Assembly: GCA_053919585.1 (NCBI GenBank)
Contig: CM132793.1
Length of the DNA: 64,000 nt
Direction: 5' to 3' (one strand)
Origin: Euprymna scolopes
Taxonomy: Eukaryota
In this document: piece by piece, positions 27,032 through 41,607 of the stretch
How the letters are laid out: every line of letters begins with the position of its first letter
How positions within the stretch are numbered: position 1 is the stretch's first letter
Translations under genes and position numbers: made by a program
Notes under the pieces: generated by a model
What the model saw: the letters and a program-made list of their open reading frames with translations, nothing else
Database searches by the model: none
What the model was told of the DNA's origin: nothing

Positions 27032-29312
27032 CTAAAATATTGAGATTATAATTCAAAAGAAATTATCCATACCATAAATTAATTCAATTACAACCTTTAT
27101 CATCTCGTATTATAGTTTAGAAAACCTAGACATCTATCAGCTAATCGGTTTCACAATATAGAAAGTGTTGGGAAATCAAGCGTGTTCCTCGTAAGAATGC
27201 TTCCATTTCCAATGTTTCTATATAAACACATAGAAGTATTTGTTTTAAATTAAACTAGTTTTTCAGAGGTGCAACCCTTCGAACTACCGTCAGAATATCT
27301 ACTCATAACGTCCACACATACATAGTTGGGCGCATTTTATTCAATGTAATACAACGAAATACTTATCCGATTGAAACAATGGATGCTCCTTTTTTTCTCC
27401 CACATTCCACTATCACGAAATATAATAAAATATGATTTGTTCATTTTTTGCAAATTTTCACATTTCTGAAAGAAACTAAAATTACTCTGACTGCAATAAA
27501 ATAATAGTATGATTATATAGATTATAATTGTTACAAGAACACCATTCAAGGAAAGCAGATTACGGTTCAATTTTTATTTTCCGAAGTTTTCATTGAATGC
27601 ACCAGTGAAATAACAATACTCTCGGGCACAATGACTATGTTCTCTTGAAATTAAATCAGGAAATATATAATTAAATATCAAAATCGGAACTAAACAATGC
27701 GGTTAACGGTTAACTAGAGTAATATATATTTTTCTATGCATATTGAATAAAAATGTTTTTTATAAAAAAACTGTAAAATTTATAATTTAAATGTAAAAGC
27801 ACATAAGCATATATGTTATAATTTTTTGCTAGACTAGTTACGATAACTTAATTTTTAGATTTAGTGAAAGGTAATTATAAAATGCATTAACACACATTAT
27901 ATATAAGCGTATTATGCTTTTGATATGTTAGATACCATTTAAGGGAAAAACGATCTAAAGCAGACCATCGCACTAAATTGAAAACGCACGAAGGCCGTTT
28001 AAAAAGTAATGTCAAGTAGTTTTTCATTTTGCCAGATTTGATGAGAAGCGTTTGCAAAATTGGATTGTTATGATGACTACCCTTATGCATTCATGTGCTT
28101 AAAATATTATCTCTCTGTTGCAAATATTCTCAGCATGAAGCTAATTAATTTTATGAACTTGCGGTCTGAGCAATGATACGTTATTTTATTACTCAATACA
28201 ATGAATGTTGGGCAGATCAATATTTACCGGCGCCTGTTTACGTTTTAGTAGCTGATACAGGTAATGTCAGCATCATGAAGAGATGGGCTAAAAGTAGCAA
28301 CAAAGGTTTAGGGACATATGTACTCTCCGGACATTTACAACTGAAGCATAAAAATATGTTGACAAGAGTGGATTAATAATAGTGGTGAATATGTAGAAAA
28401 TGAATTATCGTGTATAAAATGTCGCTCGTTTCAAAGGTATCCTTGTCGTCTTCAAGCAGTCTAATATTTTAAGTTTGTAGTTAAAATATAACAAAACCCA
28501 ATTCACTGCCTTATAGATCGATGCATTTTGTCATCAGTACTCAAAATTGTTGTGAATTATAAGACCATAAAAGATGTAACATGGAAATGACAATGAATCG
28601 CTAATAAACGAAAAGGATAACCGCCTCACAGTCAAGAAAATATAGAAGAGTATAAAACAATGTACATATTGTATAACGGAATATATGTAAATTAGTATTT
28701 ACTTAGATGTGATGGCAGTTTCGAAAAATAAAATAATGGACGATATTTCCCTCGCATAGATAACATTATGTACTGCGATCATAGCAGTTTAACGAAGTTT
28801 ATTTGGCAATAAGATGGACGTGGAATATAATCAACGATCGAATAACACGTCTCTTTCTGTCTTAGTGTAATTCATCTGCCCCTTTGAGCAAGTAAGCTAA
28901 TTAAATTGTTCAAGAACTACGAGCCGCTTTCAATGACACTAGATCTTTCCTCGTTAGTCGCACAATGTAAAAGGGAAAGTGAGGCGTACAGGCTTAATAG
29001 CCTACAACAAACAATTTATCAAGAATTATCCCTTTCGATAACAGCTGCTATTCAAACGTTTGACGGAAGATAATATAAAAAAAGCATAAAAAAGATAAGC
29101 GAGAAAAATAAGAGACATAGATTTTTTTTATATTTAATACTCGAAAGTAATTGAAGGAAATGCTATCTAACCGATGTATAATTGGTTCCAATTTTTCCTT
29201 ACATAAAGAAAAAAAAATCCGTGAAACATCTTTAACATCAAATAAATAAAGTCTTATTCATGCTTATCGCTTCCCCAATGTCCATAATAATTAAAATAGT
29301 GTATCTTACTCG

Positions 29313-29352
<40 letters not shown>

Positions 29353-29354
29353 TG

Positions 29355-29398
<44 letters not shown>

Positions 29399-29617
29399 CA
29401 TTTACAGGGTGAAAACCCCCCAAAACGGGCCCCAACTCTAATTAGGTCTTGTCTCTTAGTGTTTTGTCCATAGTATGAAATGAATCTTTGGTCATAACTA
29501 GTTTATTATATTCAAAACATCACATCAACACACTTTGGGCTTTTTTTTCTCCGTTCTACAGTATATGTTCTAGATGCCCTCCATTTAGCTTTTTTTGGGG
29601 GGGAGGGGGTCACCTTA

Positions 29618-29649
<32 letters not shown>

Positions 29650-29990
29650 ATTATTTTTTTAACTATAATAATTAAATACCTACAGACACTAGTGTTTCAT
29701 CCTTTCGGGATTCTTGAGTGCAGCGTATAACGATTACTACCAGTCGAACGATTCGAACCCCGCGACACTAGACATCTCTGGCTCGATTAGCGGAGGCCGT
29801 ATCCATTCGGCTACCATTAACCGTGTGAAATGGCGTTGAATTTTAAACATTTTAATTTAAATGTTCATTACGTCAGGCAGACAGTGATCAAATCGTTATA
29901 CGATGATCTACGCATAAGAGCTAAATTGACCGACTTTTTAATTCAACTGAAAGTGCTCAACGATAAGAAACGAATTTCTTAAAGGGGCTG

Positions 29991-29992
<2 letters not shown>
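29650..29992 (-). mobile_element. tRNA-promoter SINE-like element carrying a hammerhead ribozyme, flanked by (TA)n
   Basis: A box TGGTAGCCGAATGG (~29803-29816) and B box GGTTCGAATC (~29750-29759), followed by a hammerhead at 29681-29722. Confidence 0.75.
29681..29722 (-). ncRNA. Type I hammerhead ribozyme with a G5C core substitution
   Basis: TGCA-CTCAAGA-ATCC-cgaaa-GGAT-GAAA-CACTAGTG-TC-TGTA. Palindromic stem III and GUC cleavage site. Confidence 0.75.
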
Positions 29993-30067
<75 letters not shown>

Positions 30068-30526
30068 TAGGTCGATTTCGGAACTGTAAAAAGGTTAATA
30101 AATGGAAAGTTGCGAAATAACACCCTAAATCACCTGACAAAATATTTTTTTCCAAATTTTTTTTTTTTTTTTTTTTTTTTTTGGCGAAATTCAATTTAAA
30201 GACATCAATATTTGCAATCTTAGTTGTAATTTTGGTGACACCGGAAATATGTATCAATAAAATTAAACCCTTCATTAAATTTGAGTAAAATAATAAAATC
30301 TACTAAACAATCTATTTTTAAAGTTTATTATCTATTTTCATATTAATGTAAATAAAATGACCAAAAAAAAATATATTAAAATATATAGTTTAAAATACAA
30401 ATGACGGCTTAGTAAAAGAAGTTTTATTTATTGAGTATTTTCCGACTTTCACCGGTAGTATTTATCAGTCCCTTGTTTGCATTTTTTAACCTTCGAATTT
30501 ACACAAATTAATTTAACAAATTAAAC

Positions 30527-33015
30527 TTTTTTTTTACATGGGGGTCACCACTTACCAACGCCCGAAGGCCACTCAGGGATAAGGGTTATTGCGTGTACAG
30601 TAATGAATGAGATAGTATTGTAGTAATCATTAGTATTAGGGGTTTTGATAGAGTGTCTTACTTAAGGGGGTGATTTGTCAGGAGTTTGTTTATGCTTGAT
30701 TAAAGACGTCCAAGTTGTAGTCAGGTGGGAAACAAGCAAGCGGCAGAGAGTTCCACTAGCGCGCAGTTCAAAGACAGAAGCTCTGCTCATGGACTCTACG
30801 TTTGGATTAAGGCACAGAAAAAGAATGGGGAAAATTATTGACAGTAGTTTTAGCCAGACGGGTGTTTCTCGTGAAAGATTGGCGAGGGGGGAACGAGGGA
30901 TTGGAGCTCAGACGAGCACCTGCCATGAAAATACCGATAAAACCACGACAGGCTCGCAACGTCTCTCCTGTGGAAAAGAGCTTACAGCGAAGAGAAAAGG
31001 GCATCCCCACTAAACCACGAAGTCTATTTTGTACTCTGTCAAGGCAGGATAGGCTGTTTTTTAGCAGCTCCTGCCCAGATGTGGCAGCAATACTCCATCC
31101 TGGGACATACTTGGCGTTTATACAAATAGAGAATTGCATCAGTAGTTATATATCTTCTGGAACGGTAGAAGGATCCCACCATTTTCCCAGCGTCCCTGGC
31201 ATCAGATTTGATGTACGTGTTCCATTTCAGATCAGGAGTAAAGGTCAAACCCAGATGCTTGTCAAGACATGGGGCCTTCCCAAGACGAGAGCTATCCATT
31301 TCAATTGATGCCAGATGGGGATCACAGCGTTGATGATGTAAAGATAGAAGCGTGGTTTTGGATGCATTAAAAGTGACCAGCCACATCTTCCCCCAACTGT
31401 ACAACGTGCTCAAGATCAGAGGAGAGAGAATTAGAGAGAACTTTGTCATTTACGGCCTTTGATGTGTTGCCATATATGGTCGTGCCATCAGCATAGATGT
31501 CATCGAATGATTTTTGTATGTGTTTTGGGTGATCATTGATGTAGATCAGGAAGAGAGTTGGGCCCAGGATGGACCCTTGAGGGACTCCACCATTAATACC
31601 GTGGGCCTCTGATTTCTGCCTGTCAACCACTACTCTTATGAAGCTATCAGAGAGAAATTTCCAGTAATACCGTAGCTGGAAATCTTGTGAAGTAGGCCCT
31701 TATGCCATACCTTATCGAAGGCCTTCTATATGTCAAGAGCAATTGCCCTAGAAAGGAAACCTTTGTCAAGAGATTCACTAATCCTATGTAACATAACCGT
31801 TAGCACATCTGCTGTATATATTGCAGAACGGAAACCATATTGCATGCCACTAAGAATGTTGTTTCTGTTGAGGTGGGTGACTACTTTTTTTATATAATAG
31901 GGATTCCAACAACTTACTCATGACACACAGGAGACTTATTGGTCTGTTCTGAGAGGGAGATGACTTATAACCTGAATTCTTAAATACAGTGCATACTACT
32001 GAGATTTTCCAGGGTGTTGGAAAGCACTTCTCCTTAAGGCAACGCTTAAAAAGTTTTGTAAGTATGGGGGCAAGTTCTGCTTGGAGCTTTTTCAGCACTA
32101 TAACTTGAATGCCGTCAGGCCAGTTGCTTTACTGGAATCAAGGTTCTTGATTAGCTTGGCGGCCTCACGCACATATATTTGTATGTTGCATAGCGTGTTT
32201 TCTCTTATAGGAGGAAATACAGGGAGTTGATGGTCAATGTCGCATAGGATAGAATGAGCTGCAAAGTTCTTGGCAAATAGTTTGGCCCTGTCTGACGCTG
32301 ACGAGATGACCTCAGGTCCATTGATGATAGTTGGGATAGAACACATGCTTCTGTTCAAGAGCCTGTTTGCTATTTGCCAGAACTGGTGGGAACCAGGCCG
32401 CCGCTCAGCAACTTTGGATTTAACAGACTGAGCATATAGCTCTCTTGCATGTTTTATTACTCTTTTACAGTGGTTGCTGGCAGTCCTGAAAGCAGCTTTT
32501 GTCTCAGTACATCTATTACGTTGGTAGCTATGGAAAAACTGATTTCTGTGCGCGATGGCAGTCGCACATTCAGGGAAGAACCATGGCTGGCTGTTAGGTT
32601 TTTGTTAGAATTTTTTGAATTGTATGAATCGATCTTTGCCTACAATAAACCATTCGGTCACGTCTGATACTCTAGAGGACACATTGTTTTTAAACATGGA
32701 ATGCAGAGGTAGGTCAGATATGAATGTACGGAAACTATCCCAGTCAGCCATAGAGTATCGATATACAGTACGGTGGAGAGGTACGTTTCATTTTTATCTT
32801 AATTGGTAGAACGGAGTTGACAGAGGATCACAGAGGAGATAGAAAGGAACATGACCACAGCTCAGGGGATGTTGTGAGGAAGGGGTCTAATAAGCTTGCA
32901 TATTGACCGGGTGTATCGGGCACATGGGTGGGTTCGTGAACAATCTGAGTGAGGTCATAGGCAAGGCAAAGTCATGACAGAACTTCCCCCATCATCTGTC
33001 TTATTTGAGTGAGTC
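30527..33015 (-). mobile_element. 5'-truncated CR1/Jockey-group LINE (end of APE, RT, 3' UTR, poly-A); best-preserved copy
   Basis: DLTQIVHEPTHVPD, KAT/GPD, RPISLL, QYGFR, LDI.KAFDKVWH, GVPQGSILGPTLFLIYIND, YADG, WLVTFNASKT, MEYCCHIWAGA. T-run at 30527-30535. Frameshifted. Confidence 0.95.
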
Positions 33016-33267
33016 ATACTTTTAAAATAGTTCATTTAACAAATAAAACATACGATTAAAATATTTAATCTAACAAATTATATTTAAACTTTTTTTTATA
33101 ATTATTGTCCTTTACTTATATTTCCAAATTCAGCGTTTTTTTAAAGGCTGGTGTTTGGTTTACGAATTAGTTTTTGAACTTAAATGATTCGCCAGTAAAA
33201 CATTTTTTTAAAAATAGATTTTGAAATTTATCTCCAATTTTAAAAAAATATTTTCGTGTGTTATCTG

Positions 33268-33316
<49 letters not shown>

Positions 33317-33391
33317 GTATATATATATATGTATATATATGTATATGTGTGTGTGTGTGCGTTTCTTTTTACAGATATTTTAATTTTAAAA

Positions 33392-35930
33392 ATGGCTGGA
33401 ACAAACACTGGAGTTTCCACTCGAAGAAAAGTTGCAATTAAATTTTCAGGTTTACAATCACCTTTGGATAAAACAGAGCCACCAACCTTTAGACAATTTA
33501 ATATATTTATTTTTAATGAACACTTATGCCCACCTATCTTTTATGGTATTTCGAAATTAACAGCAAATGACGTGATAGATATATGGTAGACAGTCAACCA
33601 TCGTTGGCCTTTGTTAAATGAAAATAGTATTGTCGTCAACGTGAATATTCTATGCTTTCAGAAGGCAAAGCAAATACATAGGATACATCTACCCAAACAA
33701 AATTCTGGAAGGAAAAAATAGATATATTGTTTGATATTTCATCATGTTCGTGCAAGCTGCCCATTTAAATTGTGACAATATTAATTTCATATGCAACAAG
33801 GAAAATAGCCAGACCAAGCACATCATCTGCACTTGTCCTGTGAAGCGGAAAGTAAGTTATTTTCTATTTTTATTTTTGAATTTATTATGAAAGGGATAAC
33901 TTAATGGCTAAATAATGTAAATTTTGAGAAAAAAACACATTTCCACTGTTAAAATAAATATTTAAATCATTTTTTTCATTTTATTTTACATGTAAAATAG
34001 TTTCAATTTAATATGTAAAACTGTATCTTAGTAAATTTCATTTTAATCTGATATTTCACGTTCCTATGGAAGACCTAGAATATTTAAAAGACCAACAGAG
34101 TAAAATAGAGCCCAAAGGCACATTCCAACTGGGTCCAATAGATAAAACTGCAATAAAAAATTAAAAGGAAAGGAGAAAGAGTAATCCAACAAAACACATC
34201 TCCCGTAGCATCAGCATCATCTATATTAAAGATCATATTTCTCCAAGTACATCTCTAAGTCACTCATCTTCTCCACGTGATGAAGCAGATTACATACAGC
34301 CAGATAGTCCTCTCAAAGTGCCCTATAACCTTACAAAAAATCCAAGGTTTGCTTTTGAATTAGTCAGGGGTGATATATCCTCTAATCTTAAAGCCAGGCT
34401 TGGCAATGCTCGGCTCTTGGATTTGAGGGGCATGCGCCTTCTTATCCCTAATATAGATATAAACAATATCTATACGGATAAATGTAAATTGATAGGGCAC
34501 AAGCTAAAGTAAACGCATATACCTATCAAAACTACATCAACATCTTCTTTGTATAGGTGTTGATGGGAGGAGACATAAAGATACACTGCTCTACAAAGAG
34601 TCAGTGGCTGTAAATGGATTTCAAATTGTGAAAAAAAAACAAATCATCTTTACGTCACCTCTCAATAACAAAAGAAACAGCCAATGCGAGTCTATATTTG
34701 ACTCACTGAATACTTCCGGATAGTGGAGCAACTGGAAATGTTCTTGCAGAGCAAGTGGCTGATGTTTTAGAGGAATTCAAATGTTTAAGCACCATTAAGG
34801 CTGTCCTTGTTGACACCACAAATGCGAACACAGGCTGTGAAGGTGACCTGGTTACACGTAAAAAATCAAAAAAACATCTTCATACTATTGGTTGCTCCTT
34901 GCACCAGAAGGAACGACCATTTAGAGTATTGTTCAAACATTTAGATGGCACCACAAAAGCCCCACAAAATTCAGTGGTTCATTGGGTGAATTATGTTCGA
35001 ATGATTGTCATAATTTATCACAAATAGCATGTTCCGCCGTTGGGAATCCTTTGGAGTGTGAATTTGAAGAAAGGGTAGCCTAAGTAGTGACTAAATACTG
35101 CTCTACGAGTATACAGTTGGGATTTATAGAGATAAGGTAGACACTAGATTTGCATCCTGGAAAATTGGACCATTGAACCAGGCTACATGGTTAACGTTGG
35201 CCATCAGACCCATCTGCCTATTGACTTGTGGAACATATCCACATAATCTTTCAACCAAATTGCATAGTTTGATCAATTTTATTGTAAATGTATATTCAAT
35301 TTGTTGGTTTGACATTAAATAAATAATACAATTTCACCGCCAACGAATGTACATTTATAATATGATTCAGACAATACAGAAGTAACAACTGAAATTTTAA
35401 AAAATACACTTAAAAACATTCATTATTATGCTGTTGCATTACTGCCAGAAAATATTTTATTTTCTATGAACTTGAAGTAAGAGAAAAGTTAATAACAAGA
35501 ATTATGACCGTTAGGTAAGTTAATATTTCTTCATACAAAGTTGGTTGAATTACTTACACCAATTTATTGTGACATTTTAAAGATTACATTAATTGCACCA
35601 AATCTTATGAAAGCAGTATAAAATGCATTTAAAGATTGACTTCAAATTATTTTTATATTGTTTCAGAAGAGGGGTGCAAGCCAAGAAAAGACTTACAAAT
35701 ATACCAATTATCAACTTTAAACTCTACACAGGACAAATTTAATAGATTTGTCAGCAAATGGAGTCTGTGAGCCACCACTTACACAATACATTTCTGACAG
35801 TAAATTAGAGAGTTTACATTTAACAGGTGAAAGGCTTTACTTGCCAGATTCCCTTGTTATTTCCAAGGCATTGAACAAGCAGTTAAGTTGGTGACAGAGG
35901 CTCTCAAAACATAGATAAACACAGATATTT
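33392..35930 (+). mobile_element. Decayed intron-containing hAT-superfamily transposase (hATx/hATm-like), copy 1
   Basis: LFDISSCSC, CTC, PMEDLEYLKDQ, GVDGR, VDTTNANTG, GCSLHQKERPFR.LFKHLDG, GPLNQATWLTLA, and QGIEQAVKLVTEA. GTAAGT introns at 33852 and 35515-35666. Confidence 0.75.
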
Positions 35931-36119
35931 CCAAGTGCTAACTAATTTTTAAAAAAAATTACACTTAACGTTTTTCCAATTTCCTATTGATTAAATGCTC
36001 CATGATTGAAGTTTAATTACTCTACACGTGATATATTGTGACTGAGATATATTCTGGGATTCAGCAATTTATTATAAGACACAAGAATGAAGCAGTCTTG
36101 GGTATTTCAGCTTGTACAT

Positions 36120-37172
36120 TTTTTTTAATCAAGAGTCACCGCATTACGAACGTTCGGAGGCCACTTCAATGGAATTATAGCGTAGTAATTGTAAGTAGTT
36201 GAAATTTTGTAAATTGGATTACTTAGGAGGACTCTTCATCAAGAAGTTGTTTACGTTGACTTCAAAACAATGAACTTGTAGTCAGCAGTTCTAAGAAAGA
36301 ATATTTGTTCATGGAATCACCGTTTAGGTTTAAGCACAGATAAGAGGTGGGAGAAATTATTGAAAGTGTTTTTGGCTAGACGAGTGTTGTTCGTGAAAAT
36401 TTTAGGAGGGGATGACCATATATTGGAGCTCAAACAAGCACTTGCCATGACAGTAACGATAAAGCAGAGACTGGCTTGCAACGTCTCCTCTGTGGGAAAG
36501 AGGTTGCAGGGAAGAGTAAAGGAAACCTCCATCTAAGCTACGAAGTCTATTTTGAAGAGATATAACAGAGTACTCCATTATTGGACTACCTGGCTGTTAT
36601 ATAGGTAGAGAATTGCATCAGGAGTGAGATATATACTGGATCGGTAGAATTATCCTACCCTTTTTTCCAGCGAGCTTTTCAACGGATTCGTGTATGTCTT
36701 CCATTTCAGATCGGGAATAAATGTCAAATCCAGAATTTTGTAAAATCATTAAGCCTCCCCACGACGAGAGCTGTTCATTTACATTGATGCAACATGAGGA
36801 TATGAGAGTTCATGATGTTTAGATAGAAGGTTGGTTTTAGATGCAGTAAAAGTAACCAGCCATCGCTTTATCCATTGTATCCCGTGCTTAAGCTCAAAGA
36901 GGAGAGATTAAGAGAGAAGTTGGTCATTCATGGCCTTTGATGTATTTTCATAGATGGTAATATTGTCAGCATAAATGTCAACGAATGATGTTTAGATGTT
37001 ATTTGGAAGATCATTGATGCAGATCAGGAAGAGAGCTTAGCCCAGGATGACCCCTGAGGAATCCCAACATTAATACTATGAGCTTCTGATTTCTGCTTAT
37101 GAACCACTACTCTTATTAACCTTTCCGATAGAAATGATTTAATAATTGAATCAAACACATCCAGCTACAGTA
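36120..37172 (-). mobile_element. CR1/Jockey-group LINE 3' fragment
   Basis: GIPQG..LG..LFLICIND, YADN, WLVTFTASK. Homologous to 30530-31680, with a T-run at the 3' end. Confidence 0.9.
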
Positions 37173-37199
37173 TATTGTTGCTTGGGTGGTTCGAGGTGT

Positions 37200-37482
37200 A
37201 TGCTGAGCCAAAAAAAACAAAACAAAATGTATGTCATTCTTTTTAAAATTTGACCCCTATTATGACACTTAACATTTATTGTTTTGAACTCAATTTAGGT
37301 TATTAAGTTAGATCAATGTCCAAGGAACCTATATCTAAAAGTTTAAGTGCGTAGACCCCAAATTGTCGGAGGAGTTTACTAGAGTTCTCAAATGTAAAAT
37401 CGTTTAACTTTGACCCCTTAACAGCCCAATTTCTGGTGTTAAACCAATAACACCGATTTTCCCAAATCTCAGTACCCTGTAT
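37200..37482 (-). mobile_element. Non-autonomous DNA-transposon-like repeat (TA-CAGGGT end), related to 6985-7450
   Basis: Minus strand begins tataCAGGGT. Shares sequence blocks with 6985-7450. Confidence 0.55.
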
Positions 37483-39434
37483 ACCAAATGTCGAGTCTAT
37501 AGACTGAAAATTTACTGAGTTATCGCAAAGGTAAATGTACACAGACACACACACAGCCACACATACGCACAGACACGTTCATTATATATATATATATATA
37601 TATATATTACTTACTATTACCTGTTTTTTTTTAAACGATTGCATTTTAGTATTACTGTTTAAATTCTACCCCATCGATCAGCGTGTTGCCTTTGTTCTAT
37701 TTAAATGTATTACATTATATTTTAATTCCATATTACCATTTCTTCTTTCTACAAGTGCCTTGAAGTGGCTGTTTAACAAGAAAAATATAATCATACTTTT
37801 AGAAGTAAACAAACAATATTCACTACAGTATGAACTGCTGCGTGAATTATCTTCATCAAATGGAGAAAAGTTTTAACATCCACTGTTTCCATTTCCGAAA
37901 GCATTATTGAATCTCAATTTATCAATGTATTGACGTATCATTCAAATATTGTTGTTTTATGTTTTACTCAAATTGAACACAGCTAGAAATAATAGTCGAT
38001 GACTTACTCATTACTCAATTCACGCACGTGGACGATATATAACAGTCAACATGACTCTTCATAGCAAATTCATGAAATGTTATGTTAAATGCTATCTGAT
38101 GTCTTATATTAGCACATACATTAACTTGAAGAATTTGTCTCAAAATATCATATCAGTAACATACTGATCATATAGTTTTTGTTGAATTGCTTATATATTT
38201 AACGTGCCTATCAGTTCATTTTTACAAGTGTGAACACAGATATGACAATAATACATAGAAAGCAAAGATACCGGTGCTCGAGCGTGGAGTGGAAAAAGGT
38301 AGAAAGATATAAATTGTAAGAAAATATACAGTTTCACACTAACATAATTTAAACTTGTGTTCGTACACTGGATTATTTTTTTACAAAACTTTTTATATGT
38401 TTTCTAGATTAAATGATTTAAGGAATTTTTTCACTGTTATATCAGGAAATGCCATCAGTTTCTCTCTATCATGTCAAGTTAATTTGAAAAAAATCAAATC
38501 ATGTGACAAAATATTATTTATTTTTGTGGCGTTATCANNNNNNNNNNNNNNNNNNNNNNNNNNNNNNNNNNNNNNNNNNNNNNNNNNNNNNNNNNNNNNN
38601 NNNNNNNNNNNNNNNNNNNNNNNNNNNNNNNNNNNNNNNNNNNNNNNNNNNNNNNNNNNNNNNNNNNNNNNNNNNNNNNNNAGAGAAAAAATGGTTACTA
38701 ACAACATATATTGATTACCTGATATAATCCTCAATTAATGTAAACAGTAATATAGGTATTTAAAAACAATCCCCATGTCGTTTATATCTCAGTAAATGCT
38801 ATATTGAGAAACAGGTAAAAGCCTATTAATGTTATCCTGATTGTCCTCAAGTAATACATACACATGTTCTTGATGAACCGTCTCCTAAGTAATCTAATTT
38901 ACAAAATTTCAACTACTTATGTTTACTACGCTATAATCACATTGACTAATGCACACTAATTAACCCTTATGCTCGAGGGGCCTCCGGAGCTTTATAAGTA
39001 GCGATTTCAGTGTAAAAAATATTCACATTTAAATAGTAAAAAATATAGCATTCACATTAGATAATTTTAATCGACTTTTATCAAAACAAAGAACGTGACA
39101 TAAAAATATGTAATTTACAGAAGCAAGTTAATAATGTATTAGTACTAGCATGTTGTGTTTTTATAAATAATGTGTAATAACATAATTAAAAACGGGTCGA
39201 ACAGGCAGATCAATTTTGATCAATATCGTAATGTAGATTGCCACGCCCCTAAATTATTCGTGAAGGACAATTAGTACGAGTTCAAAAGTATATTTCGGGG
39301 AGGCCGTGAGACAAAATCATTAACGTTTGTCTAGGATACCCCAGGAATATGGAGCAGTTCACGTTGATGCGATTATATAGACATAAATAACAGGGCCCTG
39401 AACAGAAGTGTGCGCTCTATTATTTCCATAAATA

Positions 39435-39732
39435 ATTCACCGGAGATATATCATCAGCATTTGAGAAAGTAAAACAATTTGCCAAGAACTTTGCAGCAAA
39501 TTCTACCCTTTGCGATCAGAATCGCCTACTCCCCATATTCCCTCCTCTGACTTAAAATACACTAAGCAACATAAACATTTATCTATCTAATCCTGCTAAA
39601 CTTATCAAATATCTTTATTCTAGTAAAGCAATTGGTCCCTACGGCATTCTAGTCAAAGTGCTCAAAAAGGCTCCAACTGGAACTATACTTACAAAGCGGT
39701 TTAAACGTCGTCTTAAACACATATGCTTCCTG
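39435..39732 (+). mobile_element. CR1/Jockey-group LINE internal fragment
   Basis: ISSAFEKVKQFAKNFAANSTL and SKAIGPYGI, homologous to the reverse complement of 32030-32320. Confidence 0.85.
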
Positions 39733-40419
39733 ATTGTATTTAAAAATATAAAAATAATTTAAATTCTGAGGTCGATTATTTTCCATATATGTTAAGAATA
39801 ACACATTTTAAACTTATTTAGAAAGTGTCTATAGCAAGGCGCCAAATTTGAGAATGATACTGTCCGACAACAAGTTGTCTCAGCAGGCCGACAATGCATT
39901 GCAATATACCATGCCGTTTTCAGGAGTGAATATGTCAAGAATTCAATATGATATATTCTGTAGATAATTATGAGAGTTCCAGGCTGAAGTAGATTTTTTC
40001 TTGAAGTCTTGACTCTAAAAGTTCAGAAAATTCTCTGGAAATGTTGATATCTGTAGTCAGATCATATCCTGAGAAAAAAAGGTGTGGTAGTTGATAAGGA
40101 GAGAAACCGACATCTGAACACTGGATTCAGTACTGTGAGTTGACAAAAAAGAGGCGTGGTCTTGTTCACAACCAGTCAATTCCAATTCGAGGATCTCTTT
40201 AAACATTGGGACAAGAATTTGATTGCATTGTCGACGTGACGTATCTGCAGACTTGAGGTAGAAAAAAAAAACAACGATTTGTTGTTCTTCCTGTTGCTTC
40301 TCTTTGTAATGACTGCATAATAATGGCAGTCATAAAAATGTTTTTTTTTTCGGTTCAGCCAGGAAAGTGAAATACGAAAGCCGAGTTACTGTCTATATTT
40401 TGATAACTATCGAACAATT

Positions 40420-40904
40420 AACTTGCAGGAATGGATACTAAAGTGAATGAGTTAAGGCGGCTGCAGAATAGAACGTCCGTCTTAAGTTTATACTCACGCA
40501 GTTTACTCTTGCTCTAGGCCAGTCTCTGCCGTATCTGCTTTCCCACGAGAGGAGCTCTGACAGCGTTCAAGTTAATAGCAATCGTCTGATATGAAGGGTT
40601 TCCCCACATTGATCAAAGCTAATTGCCGTTCTGGACGTCTGTGGCAGGAAAGCCATGCGCCGCTTCCTTTGATTAGTTTCGCATTCATGCAAAAAAGACA
40701 AACAAAGGGCGGAAAGGAAGCAATTTTTTAAAAGTCGATCAAAATAAAGATCGACACGACATCCGTTTTCGAACCTGAGATATTACAATTTTGGAAGCAT
40801 TAAGAAAGGTTTCCATAAATGTAACCGACGCGAGAAGGCCGACGAAAAAGCCTTTCGAATACATACAAAAACGCGCGTGCCCATTTCACCTTTTATCAAA
40901 TAGA
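40420..40904 (-). mobile_element. Non-autonomous Helitron copy A (5' part; 3' end not identified)
   Basis: Collinear similarity to 41100-41607. Begins TCTAT at 40904. Confidence 0.7.
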
Positions 40905-41607
40905 CTAGCGGGGGCGCCTGGCGTTGCCCGGGAGTTTAGAGGTGTATGTTTAGCAAAAAAATAGTAGTAGTAGGCAGGCATACTCGATCACGTTACGCGA
41001 AGGCGGAAAATAAAGTTAAAGAAAACCTGACACATACCGTTACCCTCTGACGCGTCAGGAAATAAAAGGCGTTAAAATTTAGCAGTGTCAATCAATAAAT
41101 TGACTTGCAGAAATGGATAGTTAAGGGAATGAGTTCACGCAGGCGCAGAGATAAACGTCTGGCTTCTGGCTAGTAAAGCTACCAGCTTTCTGACGTTTTA
41201 TTTATTTGTTTCTCTACGATATTTAGGAAAACCAGCTCCCCCAAGAGGGAGGGCTCTGGGAGTGCGCAAATGAATAGCAATTGTCTGATCTGAAGGTTTT
41301 CCCCCAACACTGATCTAAGCTAATTGCCTTTCTGGATATCCTGGCCGAAAATTCCGGCCAATGAATTCACGTCGATTCGTTTCGATTTATTTATACGAAA
41401 AAGACAAACAAACGCGCGAAAGGACGGGATAGGGTTGATTTGGGAAAAAATGGAGCAAAATAAATGTAAAGACGACATCCGTTTTCGAATTTGAGATATT
41501 ATAATCTTGGAAGTATGAGGAAATATCGTCAATAACCCCAACGATAAAAACCTTTCCTGGACGTACAAAAACGGGCATTTGAACATTTATAAATATATAT
41601 ATATAGA
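40905..41607 (-). mobile_element. Complete ~700-bp non-autonomous Helitron copy B
   Basis: A|TCTATATATA 5' end at 41607. 3' hairpin cccgggcaacgccagg then cgcccccgCTAG|T at 40905. No TSD. Confidence 0.8.

Noticed and set aside
29740-29820. Genuine tRNA gene
   Set aside because: A and B boxes are present but there is no convincing acceptor stem or cloverleaf. Treated as a SINE head.
30064-37259. TAGG..GGTC ends as the TIR pair of hAT-like copy 1
   Set aside because: The match is short, and the right-hand motif is better explained as a subrepeat of the 37200-37482 family.
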